From the NCBI GenBank assembly GCA_038889235.1, contig JAWAHN010000001.1, positions 824,499 to 856,498 of the forward strand: a stretch of DNA of 32,000 nt. Direction: 5' to 3'. The notes beneath the pieces are model-generated. The model made no database searches. It was not told the DNA's origin and worked only from the letters and a program-made list of their open reading frames with translations. Within the stretch, counting starts at the first letter, position 1; every line of letters starts with the position of its first letter. The position numbers were made by a program, and so were the translations under genes. Shown here in pieces: positions 1 through 9,178 of the stretch. The stretch comes from Candidatus Jordarchaeales archaeon. GTDB taxonomy: Archaea; Asgardarchaeota; Jordiarchaeia; Jordiarchaeales; Freyrarchaeaceae.

Positions 1-2
1 CG

Positions 3-113
3 GTAGTTTATTATCCAATCCACCCCTCGAAAGTTATGATAACCAAGCTTAAACTTGACGATGAGCGAAGGAAGAAAATTATAGAGAGAAAAAGAGCGGT
101 CTTGGAGGCGTAG
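3..113 (+). CDS. rpl24: 3' end of 50S ribosomal protein uL24 (L24/L26e), truncated by the window start
   Basis: Manual translation [48 protein letters not shown] is the uL24 C-terminal motif, and the position before rps4e is canonical. Confidence 0.9.
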   Translation, partial: VVYYPIHPSKVMITKLKLDDERRKKIIERKRAVLEA

Positions 114-119
114 TCGAAA

Positions 120-893
120 ATGGGTAAGATGGGGCAAAGTAGGCATCTTAAACGGATGGCTGCTCCAGGAAGCTGGCGCATTCCCCGAAAAGGGACAACA
201 TGGGTGGTTAAACCCAGTCCAGGGCCGCATCCTATTGAAGATTCGATCCCATTACTAATCCTAGTGCGCGACCTATTGAAGATAGCGGATAACATGAGGG
301 AGGCAAAGAAAATCATAAAGAGTGGACACATTAAGGTGGATGGAGTTGTCAGAAAAGACCACAAGTTTCCTGTTGGCTTAATGGATGTTGTAGAAATCCC
401 CTTAATAGATAAGGCATATAGGGTGCTTCCTTCGAAAAAGTGGTTCACATTAGTTCAAATAGATGCTAGAGAGGCAGAATTCAAGCTTTGTCAAATAAGG
501 AATATAATAACAGTCAAGGGTGGAAACATACAGTTAGCGCTACATGATGGTAGGAACATATTGCTGCCTGTAGAGAACCCCAAAATTTCGCCTCACGAAG
601 TTTACCCTTACAACACAAGAGATACGATAAAAATACTATTAGAAAACCAGGAAATAGTTGATCATGTGCCCTTTAAGGAAGGGGCGTACTCTTTGATAGT
701 TGGAGGAAAAATGAGGGGCGGGCAAGGGGAAATAGTCGAAATAAGGAGGAGAATTGGTCGAAGAGCAAGCACAGCGATTGTCAAGTGTGATGGTAATTTT
801 GTTGAGACGCTATTAGACTACGTGTTCCCAGTGGGTTTAACACAGCCTCTAATTAAATTGCCAGGCGTGGAGGAATCAACATGGAGCAGTTAA
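120..893 (+). CDS. rps4e: 30S ribosomal protein eS4 (S4e)
   Basis: HLKRMAAPGSW, PSPGPH, VDGVVRKDHKFPVGLMDV and LHDGRN motifs; spc operon context. Confidence 0.98.
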   Translation: MGKMGQSRHLKRMAAPGSWRIPRKGTTWVVKPSPGPHPIEDSIPLLILVRDLLKIADNMREAKKIIKSGHIKVDGVVRKDHKFPVGLMDVVEIPLIDKAYRVLPSKKWFTLVQIDAREAEFKLCQIRNIITVKGGNIQLALHDGRNILLPVENPKISPHEVYPYNTRDTIKILLENQEIVDHVPFKEGAYSLIVGGKMRGGQGEIVEIRRRIGRRASTAIVKCDGNFVETLLDYVFPVGLTQPLIKLPGVEESTWSS

Positions 894-1447
894 ACGAAGA
901 AGCCATAGAGGAAAAGTGGAAGAAAAACCCCATGTACAAACCTTACATAGCAAAGGTTGTAGTAAACATAGGTGTTGGAACAAGTGGCGAAAAACTTGTA
1001 AAAGCCATGAAGGTGTTAGAAAATCTAACAGGGCAGAAGCCGGTCGAGTGCAGAGCTAAGAAAACTATAAGGGAATTTGGAATTAGAAGGCGTGAACCCA
1101 TAGGATGTAAAGTAACTCTTAGAAAAGAAGCGGCAAGAATTTTCCTAGAAAAAGTGTTAGATGCCGTGGACAGAACGATAAACCCAGATTCATTTGATAA
1201 ATATGGCAATGTGTCGTTCGGTATACGCGAGCACATAGACATACCGGGAACAAAGTACGACCCTGAGCTTGGAGTTTTCGGCATGGATGTATGCATTTCG
1301 TTTGAAAGACCAGGGTACCGTGTTAGTAGGAGAAAGAGAAAGAAAGCGAAAATTCCGTTGAGACAAAGGGTTACTAAAGAAGAAGCTATGTTAATACTAA
1401 AAAAGGAATTTAATGTTAAGTTTGGAGAAAGAGCTAAGAAGTGGTGA
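881..1447 (+). CDS. rpl5: 50S ribosomal protein uL5
   Basis: KVVVNIGVG, LTGQKPV, IGCKVTLR, SFGIREHIDIPGTKYDP and FGMDV motifs. Confidence 0.98.
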   Translation: MEQLNEEAIEEKWKKNPMYKPYIAKVVVNIGVGTSGEKLVKAMKVLENLTGQKPVECRAKKTIREFGIRRREPIGCKVTLRKEAARIFLEKVLDAVDRTINPDSFDKYGNVSFGIREHIDIPGTKYDPELGVFGMDVCISFERPGYRVSRRKRKKAKIPLRQRVTKEEAMLILKKEFNVKFGERAKKW

Positions 1448-1462
1448 AGGGGGGGTTCAAAC

Positions 1463-1609
1463 GTGGGAACAAGGAAGTTTGGTAAGGGAAGCCGCGTATG
1501 TCGTAATTGTGGAACCCATAGAGGAATAATTAGACGCTACGGATTAATGATCTGCCGCAGGTGCTTTAGAGAGAAAGCGGCGAAGATGGGGTTCAAAAAG
1601 TATAACTAG
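1463..1609 (+). CDS. rps14: 30S ribosomal protein uS14 (Zn-binding, S29e-like), 48 aa; absent from the ORF track
   Basis: Manual translation from GTG: [48 protein letters not shown]. Two CxxC motifs; lies between rpl5 and rps8. Confidence 0.96.
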   Translation: MGTRKFGKGSRVCRNCGTHRGIIRRYGLMICRRCFREKAAKMGFKKYN

Positions 1610-1620
1610 GAGGGAAATTT

Positions 1621-2010
1621 ATGTTATTAGACCCACTAGCGGATGCATTATCGAACATTATGAACAATGAAAGAGTAGGCAAGAAAGAAGTAATAATCAG
1701 GATAGCATCGAAGCTTGTTGGCAACGTGTTACGCGTTATGCAAAAATATGGATATATAGGTGAATTTGAGCACATAGATGATGGAAGAGCGGGAAAGTTT
1801 AGAGTGCAACTCTTAGGGAGAATAAACAAGTGTGGTGTCATTAAACCAAGATTCCCGGTAAAACTCAAAGAAATCGACCTGGCGGAAAGAAGATACCTTC
1901 CAGGGCAGGGTATAGGAATTTTGATATTAACGACTTCTCAAGGAGTAATGTCGCACTATGAAGCAAAAGAAAAGGGAATCGGTGGGCGGCTTCTAGCCTA
2001 CGTCTACTAA
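1621..2010 (+). CDS. rps8: 30S ribosomal protein uS8
   Basis: [33 protein letters not shown] and [11 protein letters not shown]...[11 protein letters not shown] motifs. Confidence 0.98.
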   Translation: MLLDPLADALSNIMNNERVGKKEVIIRIASKLVGNVLRVMQKYGYIGEFEHIDDGRAGKFRVQLLGRINKCGVIKPRFPVKLKEIDLAERRYLPGQGIGILILTTSQGVMSHYEAKEKGIGGRLLAYVY

Positions 2011-2072
2011 CCTGCCCTCCTTCCTTTATGTTTCCTGTTTCACGCCTTTAATAAGTAAAAATTTATCGTGTA

Positions 2073-2648
2073 TTATAGGATCTTCCATACGAGTTTATCT
2101 CCAACATATTTGCGGTAAACATATATGCCGTCTTGGAAGACTCTTGGATCCTTTTCTCTGATTTTTGTTGCTTGTTGTATATTTGCAGCGCTTTGCCCCA
2201 CAGCCTCAATGTCTATACCTGTTAATATTACGTCGTCTTTTTCTACTTTGACATTTACTCCTGGAAGAACGTAAGTTTTCCTAGGACTTTTTTCGCCTAG
2301 GAAGTTTTCTATGATCACTTCTCTAGACTCTGGAACAAATTTTACACTAATTGGGAAGTGTGCATAGACAATTTTCATAACATACTTGTAACCTTGCGTC
2401 ACACCTACGATCATATTCTTAATATGACTTCTCACACTGCCTAGAACAGCCAACTGCTTCTTTTTTGGATAATAGGCTTCCAAAACGATTTTATTATCTT
2501 CTTTTCTTATGGAAATCCCTCTTGCATGTGAAAAATCCTTTTCCAGCTCACCTAGAGGGCCCTTGACACGCACTTTCATGCCATCAATGTCCACGTTTAC
2601 ATTGTCAGGAATTTTAACTTCGAGAGCTGCATGGAACGTCTTGACCAT
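2073..2648 (-). CDS. rpl6: 50S ribosomal protein uL6, on the opposite strand to its operon
   Basis: VKGPLGEL, HIKNMIVGVTQGY, YAHFPI, IENFLGEKSPR and KDPRVFQDGIY motifs. Confidence 0.97.
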   Translation of the reverse strand: MVKTFHAALEVKIPDNVNVDIDGMKVRVKGPLGELEKDFSHARGISIRKEDNKIVLEAYYPKKKQLAVLGSVRSHIKNMIVGVTQGYKYVMKIVYAHFPISVKFVPESREVIIENFLGEKSPRKTYVLPGVNVKVEKDDVILTGIDIEAVGQSAANIQQATKIREKDPRVFQDGIYVYRKYVGDKLVWKIL

Positions 2649-2735
2649 TGTTTACCCTTCCCTCGAATTATTGCTTCAGACTGGATGGAAAATAAGGGGC
2701 TTTAAATTTATTTCGCAGCAGACTACTTCAAATTA

Positions 2736-3317
2736 TCACTTTTTAATACGTTCACTCCACTCCTCAAGCTTGCGCATTAGTTCTTCAGCAGTCTTAATGT
2801 CTAATTTCGCTTGCCCGCTCATCCTTAATTGCTTAATGAACTGTGAAATCTCGTAAAATATTGGACCGTGAACCCTTGATTGCAACTGATCTCTAGCAAC
2901 CTCCAGCGCATTTGCTATAGCCTCGGCAGGCTGATTTCTTTCGACGAGCTCGACAACTTGCGAAAAGGCAGGGGAAAGGCGTACACCGAAACTTTTAACG
3001 GTTATCTCCCTTTCAACTGGCAGAGTGGGTTGAACGGGAGCAATCCCTTTTTTAGCAGAAACGAGTTCTTCAAACCTGCCCCCAGAAAGTTCTTCGAGAC
3101 GTTTTACCACACTCAAAGCTTCGTCCATTTTCGTGATTAAGACGGACATGCCACCAAGCGCTCTGTATATTTCATTCAGCATGCTTCTGAGCTCGTTTAA
3201 CACCGTTTTTATTTCACCGAATACGCCAAATATCGCTCTTGAAAAGTCGTCGAGAACTATTTTAACAGCAGATATCTCCTCCAAGACTTTTTCAAATTTC
3301 TTATCCATTTCCCCCAA
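2736..3317 (-). CDS. Hypothetical protein: N-terminal coiled coil, Pro-containing linker, C-terminal four-helix-bundle-like domain
   Basis: 193-aa ORF with amphipathic heptad patterning and protein-like composition, co-oriented upstream of rpl6. Start is TTG 3317 or ATG 3308. Confidence 0.8.
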   Translation of the reverse strand: MGEMDKKFEKVLEEISAVKIVLDDFSRAIFGVFGEIKTVLNELRSMLNEIYRALGGMSVLITKMDEALSVVKRLEELSGGRFEELVSAKKGIAPVQPTLPVEREITVKSFGVRLSPAFSQVVELVERNQPAEAIANALEVARDQLQSRVHGPIFYEISQFIKQLRMSGQAKLDIKTAEELMRKLEEWSERIKK

Positions 3318-3447
3318 AGGGAAATCCCTCCGGAAATTAAATTAGTACTCCAAAGTTGGTGGAGAATATAGTATCAAAATTTTATCACTAGACACATATA
3401 AAATGTTTCCCCAAGCATTCGTTGTCGACGTCGCGATCAAAACCAGA

Positions 3448-3461
3448 AGAAAAATTTAAAT
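3448..3461 (+). promoter_or_regulatory. Candidate BRE/TATA promoter restarting the ribosomal operon at rpl32e, within a divergent promoter region
   Basis: AGAAAAATTTAAAT (purine run plus TTTAAA) in the 225-nt divergent gap between the 193-aa ORF and rpl32e. Confidence 0.45.
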
Positions 3462-3542
3462 TTCAAAGGTTTGTTGGTAATTTGCCGAGACATTTTCTTA
3501 AAATATAACCTCTCGTATCAGGTAGCGATCACATAGTCCCTA

Positions 3543-4202
3543 GTGGTGGGAAAGACTTTGGTGGAGAAACGACTCTTAATGCTTAGGAAGAGATTGAAAA
3601 TGAAGAAACCAGACTTTATTAGGTGCGAGAGCTGGAGGTACGTCAGGGTAAAACCGAATTGGAGAAGGCCACGTGGAATAGATAATAAAATGAGGGAGAA
3701 AGAAAAAGGGTGGCCGAAGTCACCTAATGTAGGATATCGAGCGCCCAGAAAGGTTAGAGGACTTCACCCATCAGGCTTTAAAGAGGTTATTGTGTGGAGA
3801 GCAGAAGATTTAGAAAAGTTGGATCCTAACATTCATGCTATAAGAATTGCTGGTACTGTAGGTAGGAGAAAAGCTCTTGAAATAATGGATAAGGCTGAAG
3901 AAAGGGGCTTTTGGGTTCTTAACCCCAGAATAGTTAGAGAGGAAATTGAAAAAGAGATCTTAGAAGAAACCATAGAAAAAACAGAAGAAGTTGTCCACGA
4001 AGAAGGGACGCGTCTATCCGAAGTCGAGTGGATCGACAAGGAGAGCGCAAAGAAGTTGGAAGAAGTTGGCGTTTTTACACTTGAAGCGCTCGCCGATGAA
4101 GATAATCCAAGGGAGCTTTCTGAAATAACGGGAATAGCTTTAGAGAAACTTGAGGAATGGATTAAAAGAGCTAGAGAGGAATGTAAGGAGGAAAAGAAAT
4201 GA
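3543..4202 (+). CDS. rpl32e: 50S ribosomal protein eL32 with a C-terminal acidic linker and helix-hairpin-helix-like domain
   Basis: KKPDFIRCESWRY, WRRPRGIDNKMR, GYRAPRKVRGLHPSG and IAGTVGRRK motifs; about 90 extra C-terminal residues. Confidence 0.96.
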   Translation: MVGKTLVEKRLLMLRKRLKMKKPDFIRCESWRYVRVKPNWRRPRGIDNKMREKEKGWPKSPNVGYRAPRKVRGLHPSGFKEVIVWRAEDLEKLDPNIHAIRIAGTVGRRKALEIMDKAEERGFWVLNPRIVREEIEKEILEETIEKTEEVVHEEGTRLSEVEWIDKESAKKLEEVGVFTLEALADEDNPRELSEITGIALEKLEEWIKRAREECKEEKK

Positions 4203-4648
4203 ACTTGACTGTTCAGCGAAGGCTTGCAGCTGAGATACTTAACGTCGGAGAAAATAGGGTTTGGTTCGACCCCGAAAGGCTTGAGGAGATTTCTGCTGCA
4301 GTTACACGTGAGGACATACGCAACTTGATAAAGCAGGGAGCCATAAAGGCTAAACCGAAAGAGGGAATCAGTAGGGCTAGAGCCAGAGAGTTAAAAGAGA
4401 AGAAGAAAAAGGGAAGACGCAGGGGTCCGGGAAGTAGGAAGGGGAAAGCCACGGCACACATGTCAAGGAAGGAAAAGTGGATGATAAAGATTAGAGCAAT
4501 AAGAAAATATCTCAGGAGTTTGAGAGCGCGCCGTATAATAACTCAAAGCACTTACAGGAAACTTTACAGATTGGCAAAAGGTGGTATGTTCGACAGCGTC
4601 GCTTACTTGAAGAGTTACATTAAAGAGAAAAAGCTAGCGAGAAAATAG
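4199..4648 (+). CDS. rpl19e: 50S ribosomal protein eL19
   Basis: QRRLAAEIL, RVWFDP, TREDIR, GRRRGPGSRKG and YRLAKGGMF motifs; ATGA overlap with rpl32e. Confidence 0.98.
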   Translation: MNLTVQRRLAAEILNVGENRVWFDPERLEEISAAVTREDIRNLIKQGAIKAKPKEGISRARARELKEKKKKGRRRGPGSRKGKATAHMSRKEKWMIKIRAIRKYLRSLRARRIITQSTYRKLYRLAKGGMFDSVAYLKSYIKEKKLARK

Positions 4649-4669
4649 CCAAAGCGGTGGGATGATCTT

Positions 4670-5266
4670 ATGGCAAAAGGAGCACGCTACAGAATTCCTT
4701 TCAGAAGGAGACGTGAAGGGAAAACAAATTATAGGCGTAGGAGGAAACTCGTTATTTCAGGTAGGTTGAGACTTGTGGTTCGAGGGAGCCTTAACAATTT
4801 CTCAGCTCAACTAGTAGAGCCGAAATTTGGTGGAGATAAAACTTTAGTTTCAGCGCACTCCAGGGAACTAGTCAAGAAATACGGCTGGAAAGGCCATTGT
4901 GGAAATGTGCCCACCGCTTACCTTACAGGCTTTCTCCTGGCGCTAAAAGCTAAGAAAGCAGGATTTAGAGACGCCATACTTGATATCGGATTACATACCC
5001 CGTCCAAAGGATGCCGCGTCTTCGCAGCTCTTAAAGGAGCCCTAGATGGAGGACTAGAAATACCCCATGGAGAAGAGATATTTCCAAGTGAGGAAAGAAT
5101 TAGAGGAGAACACATAGCCGAGTATGCTAGGAAACTTTTAGAAGAAAACCCGGAACTTTACGCTAAACAGTTTTCTGCTCAAATAAAGCGAGGGGTTAGG
5201 CCGGAAAATCTACCCGAACACTTCGACGAAGTTAAAGAAGCAATAGTCAAGGAATTTGGAGGTTAA
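4670..5266 (+). CDS. rpl18: 50S ribosomal protein uL18
   Basis: [27 protein letters not shown] and [17 protein letters not shown] motifs. Confidence 0.98.
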   Translation: MAKGARYRIPFRRRREGKTNYRRRRKLVISGRLRLVVRGSLNNFSAQLVEPKFGGDKTLVSAHSRELVKKYGWKGHCGNVPTAYLTGFLLALKAKKAGFRDAILDIGLHTPSKGCRVFAALKGALDGGLEIPHGEEIFPSEERIRGEHIAEYARKLLEENPELYAKQFSAQIKRGVRPENLPEHFDEVKEAIVKEFGG

Positions 5267-5269
5267 ATC

Positions 5270-5899
5270 ATGGGAATAGAAGACGAGTTGGAAGCGTGGA
5301 AGCCGAAAACTGAGCTAGGAAAAATGGTTAAAGAAGGGTACATTACCAGCATCGATGAAATTTTCGCGCAGGGACTTAGAATAAAGGAACCTCAGATAGT
5401 AGATTTGCTCCTTCCAGATTTGGAGGATGAAGTTGTAGGGGTGAGTCTTGTACAGAAACAGACAGATGCAGGGGAAAGAACAAGGTTTAAAGCGATAGTT
5501 GCTGTAGGTAACAAGAAAGGATATGTTGGACTAGGCACAGCTAAAGCCGCAGAGATAGGACCAGCAATAAGGAAAGCTATGATTGACGCGAAGATGAATG
5601 TGACCCCCGTAAGACTTGCATGTGGAAGCTGGGAGTGCGGTTGCGGAACCCCGCACACTTTACCATTTAAAGTGGAGGGCAAGGCTGGAAGTGTTAGAAT
5701 AAAACTGATACCCGCCCCGCGTGGCCTCGGACTAGTGACGTCAGATGTTGCGAAAATAGTTCTGAGATTGGCGGGCGTAAAGGACGTGTGGTCGTTTTCT
5801 AGGGGACACACAAAAACCACGTTGAACATGGCATATGCCACGTTCAACGCACTCAAACAAACCATGAAGATACTTACTCCGAAGGATTGGGGGCGTTAA
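5270..5899 (+). CDS. rps5: 30S ribosomal protein uS5
   Basis: [28 protein letters not shown] and PAPRGLGLV motifs. Confidence 0.98.
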   Translation: MGIEDELEAWKPKTELGKMVKEGYITSIDEIFAQGLRIKEPQIVDLLLPDLEDEVVGVSLVQKQTDAGERTRFKAIVAVGNKKGYVGLGTAKAAEIGPAIRKAMIDAKMNVTPVRLACGSWECGCGTPHTLPFKVEGKAGSVRIKLIPAPRGLGLVTSDVAKIVLRLAGVKDVWSFSRGHTKTTLNMAYATFNALKQTMKILTPKDWGR

Positions 5900-5902
5900 G
5901 CT

Positions 5903-6382
5903 TTGAGTAACAAAAATTTGCTTGTCGTAATAAGGATAAGGGGAGACGTAGGTGTCAGAAAAGAGATACGCGACACGCTGAAAATGTTAAGATTGCACAA
6001 GGTGAACCACGCGATAATAGTTCCAAAAACTCCAAGCTTTCAGGGAATGCTTCAAAAGGTTAAGGATTACGTGACATGGGGCGAGATAAGTAAGGAAACA
6101 TTAGCCCTCCTTCTTAGGAAAAGAGGGAGACTTGAGGGTGATAATCCTCTAACCGACGAGTTTCTTGCAAAAAACTTGGGAATTAATTCCATAGACGAGT
6201 TAGCTGGGAAGATCTACAATGGAGAAATTAAACTAAGCGATGTTCCAAAGCTTAAGCCAGTTTTCAGACTACACCCCCCAAAAGGCGGGTTTAAGAGAAA
6301 GAAGAAGAGGCCGTTCGCAGATGGAGGAGAACTTGGATACAGGGGGGAAAATATAAACAAGTTAATCGAGAGAATGGTCTAA
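5903..6382 (+). CDS. rpl30: 50S ribosomal protein uL30 (long archaeal type)
   Basis: [32 protein letters not shown] and [17 protein letters not shown] motifs. Confidence 0.97.
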   Translation: MSNKNLLVVIRIRGDVGVRKEIRDTLKMLRLHKVNHAIIVPKTPSFQGMLQKVKDYVTWGEISKETLALLLRKRGRLEGDNPLTDEFLAKNLGINSIDELAGKIYNGEIKLSDVPKLKPVFRLHPPKGGFKRKKKRPFADGGELGYRGENINKLIERMV

Positions 6383-6398
6383 CTGGAGGTTTGGCGAG

Positions 6399-6821
6399 TT
6401 GATTAGAAGAAGGAAGAAGTCACGGAAAATGAGAGGAAGTAGGACGCATGGATACGGCCGAGTAGGGCAGCACAGAGGAAGTGGGCAACGAGGTGGCAAG
6501 GGACGTGCAGGAAGACACAAACACTTTTGGATATGGGTTTTGAAGTATGCGAGAGACTACTTTGGGAAGCGCGGTTTTAAGAGGAAAGGAGTACAGAGAG
6601 AGTGGGTGATGTTAAATGTGAGTGACATAGAGGAAAAACTGGAAGTTCTTAAAACAGGGGAGGAAAATGGTGTTCCACTAGTGGACCTTACCAGGATAGG
6701 CTATGTTAAAGTCCTTGGCACCGGGAAAGTAACCAAGCCAATAGTGGTGATGGCGCATGCTTTCAGTGAAGAGGCTGTGAGAAAAATAGAAGAAGCTGGA
6801 GGAAAGGCAATAAAAATTTGA
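6399..6821 (+). CDS. rpl15: 50S ribosomal protein uL15
   Basis: RGSRTHGYG, HRGSGQRGGKGRAG, YFGKRGF, KVLGTG and FSEEAVRKIEEAGG motifs. Confidence 0.97.
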   Translation: MIRRRKKSRKMRGSRTHGYGRVGQHRGSGQRGGKGRAGRHKHFWIWVLKYARDYFGKRGFKRKGVQREWVMLNVSDIEEKLEVLKTGEENGVPLVDLTRIGYVKVLGTGKVTKPIVVMAHAFSEEAVRKIEEAGGKAIKI

Positions 6822-6886
6822 GATATTTATTACTGATAAGCTAGAGGGGAACTTTAATTCCCATCATTTCCTCTCGGTGAAGCCCT

Positions 6887-8542
6887 ATGACGAGCACTTT
6901 TTTAAAATCTTTTAAACCGCTAATCCGCTTAATGCCAGAAGTCAAACCTCCAGAGCGGAGGGTTAGTTTTAGAGAAAAACTGGTGTGGACAGGGGTCATA
7001 CTTCTTTTATATCTCATAATGGCTAACATTCCCCTTTACGGTGTTCCAAGAGGGCAAGGGTATGACTACTTGTACTTCCTCAGGCTCATCTTTGCTTCTT
7101 CGAGAGGAACATTGATGGAGCTAGGAATAGGGCCTATAGTAACAGCCGGCCTTATCATGCAGCTACTTGCAGGCTCTAAATTGATTGATGTCGACTTCTC
7201 TAATCCAGAGGATAGGGCGCTTTTTACCGGGGCGCAAAAAGTTCTCGCAGTTATAATGACTATGTTTGAGGCAGCAGTGCTCGTACTTGCTAAGACTTAT
7301 GGTGACCTGTCAAGTTACCAGGCAACACTGGTTTTTCTCCAGCTAACAATTGCAGGAATCATCCTTATACTGATGGATGAAACTCTTCAGAAAGGCTGGG
7401 GGCTTGGAAGCGGAATAAGCTTGTTTATAGCCGCTAACGTAGCAGGGCAAATTTTGTGGCTTTCGTTAAATCCAAACATTAGCCCATACGACTACCTTGG
7501 AAGCGGAGTATTGGTTGCATTAGTTCAGGTTCTAACGTTTCAGTACTGGCCTGTTGCTTCAATGTTCTTTTATGTTTTGGGTTCATACCCAACCGTTGAA
7601 CGGTTTAGTGAAAAAGCTATTACAGCAGCAACTGAAGCGGCAACTTACATGTATTACTATATGATATTCAACCCAAACACTGGAATATATTACGTCTTAT
7701 TTAGACCACACGGCCAACCAAACGTAGTCGGCCTCATAGGCACCTTGATAATATTCTTAATAGTCGTTTACATACAGAGCGTGCGGGTCGAAATACCCCT
7801 TCAATATGCAAGGTTTAGAGGATTCAGGGGAAGATACCCGATTAAGTTCCTCTACGTGTCAGTGATACCAGTAATTTTAGTTCACGCTATAAGCGCAAAT
7901 ATATTACTAATTTCGCAGGCATTATGGTCTAATTACGGCTATGTTTCGGTAGCACAACTCATACCACTTCTCTCTACCTACCTGCCAGATATAAACTGGA
8001 GCGGGCTATCGAGCTTAGCTAATATGGGTTGGAATTTCAACCCGATAGTTAACCTGATCGGGCAGTATGCTCCTTCAACAACAAATTTAAACCAGCTGAC
8101 CCCCATAGGGGGCATAGCGTATTACTTCTCGACACCATACGGACTTGAAAATGTGTTTAGAGACCCGGGGCGGGCGCTAATTTACCTTCTTATCTTTTCA
8201 TCCCTTTGCGCTGTATTATCATATATCTGGATAGACGTCTCAGGAATGAACGCAAAAGATGTAGCTAAACAGTTGATAATGGCCGGAATGCAGGTTCCAG
8301 GGTTTAGAAGGTCACCAAAGGTGATAGAAAAAATCCTTGAAAGGTATATCCCACCAGTCACCGTCCTTGGAGGGTTCACTGTTGGTTTGCTAGCAGCGTT
8401 TGCCGACTTTCTTGGCACTTTAGGAACAGGAACAGGGGTTCTACTAACGGTGGGAATAATTTATAACTACTATGAGTTAATTGCAAAAGAGAGATTGGCA
8501 ACTATAAGTCCCGCGCTTAGGGGATTGTTGGGATTGGAGTAA
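6887..8542 (+). CDS. secY: Preprotein translocase SecY/Sec61-alpha with enlarged external loops
   Basis: GTLMELGIGPIVTAGLIMQLL, KGWGLGSGISLFIAAN, YPIKFLYVSVIPVIL and GTGTGVLLTVGIIY motifs; 551 aa. Confidence 0.98.
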   Translation: MTSTFLKSFKPLIRLMPEVKPPERRVSFREKLVWTGVILLLYLIMANIPLYGVPRGQGYDYLYFLRLIFASSRGTLMELGIGPIVTAGLIMQLLAGSKLIDVDFSNPEDRALFTGAQKVLAVIMTMFEAAVLVLAKTYGDLSSYQATLVFLQLTIAGIILILMDETLQKGWGLGSGISLFIAANVAGQILWLSLNPNISPYDYLGSGVLVALVQVLTFQYWPVASMFFYVLGSYPTVERFSEKAITAATEAATYMYYYMIFNPNTGIYYVLFRPHGQPNVVGLIGTLIIFLIVVYIQSVRVEIPLQYARFRGFRGRYPIKFLYVSVIPVILVHAISANILLISQALWSNYGYVSVAQLIPLLSTYLPDINWSGLSSLANMGWNFNPIVNLIGQYAPSTTNLNQLTPIGGIAYYFSTPYGLENVFRDPGRALIYLLIFSSLCAVLSYIWIDVSGMNAKDVAKQLIMAGMQVPGFRRSPKVIEKILERYIPPVTVLGGFTVGLLAAFADFLGTLGTGTGVLLTVGIIYNYYELIAKERLATISPALRGLLGLE

Positions 8543-8559
8543 GTACGAGCGGAGGGTTA

Positions 8560-9177
8560 TTGATGAGTAGAAAAGGGGCTGTTGTAGTGGTTACAGGTGT
8601 CCCGGGAGTAGGCAAAACAACTGTGATTGATAACGCCATAGAGGCTGCAAGAAAAGAGGGGATGAAAATTACTCTGATGAACTACGGCACCGTAATGTTG
8701 GAAATAGCGAAGGCAAAAGGGCTCGTCGAAAATAGAGACCAAATGAGAAAACTGCCCTCAAACATCCAGAGAGAGGTGCAAAAACTCGCAGCGGAGAAAA
8801 TTGCGGACGCAGCAAAAGAGGGCATAGTTGTTGTTGACACACACATGTTAATTAATACTCCAGAGGGTTTTCTTCCGGGGATACCAGCATGGGTAGCGGA
8901 GAGCCTCAAACCAAATGTGCTAATTCTAATTGAAGCAGATCCCGAAGAGATAAAAAATAGAAGGAGGGGAGACGAGAGCAGGGAGAGAGATGTACAATCA
9001 GTCGAAGAAATCCGCCTGCATCAGGAGATGTGCAGATCAACTGCTGCGGCTTGCGCAACACTTACAGGCGCCACAATAGTTATTGTGCCAAACCGTGAGG
9101 GCAAGGTAAGTGAGGCGGCCGAAAAGATCCTTAAAATTTTTAGAGGAATAGCAACGAAGACATCGGAGGGGGGCTAA
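8560..9177 (+). CDS. adkA: Archaeal adenylate kinase
   Basis: GVPGVGKTT P-loop, NYGTVM, RDQMRKL and VDTH...PEGFLPG motifs; canonical position after secY. Confidence 0.96.
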   Translation: MMSRKGAVVVVTGVPGVGKTTVIDNAIEAARKEGMKITLMNYGTVMLEIAKAKGLVENRDQMRKLPSNIQREVQKLAAEKIADAAKEGIVVVDTHMLINTPEGFLPGIPAWVAESLKPNVLILIEADPEEIKNRRRGDESRERDVQSVEEIRLHQEMCRSTAAACATLTGATIVIVPNREGKVSEAAEKILKIFRGIATKTSEGG

Positions 9178-9178
9178 C

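Noticed and set aside
7469-8071. SecY and DUF106 insertions as hidden in-frame introns
   Set aside because: They are long, encode plausible membrane or luminal protein sequence, and show no GC-rich hairpin or BHB at their edges by eye. A computational scan would be needed to exclude this fully.
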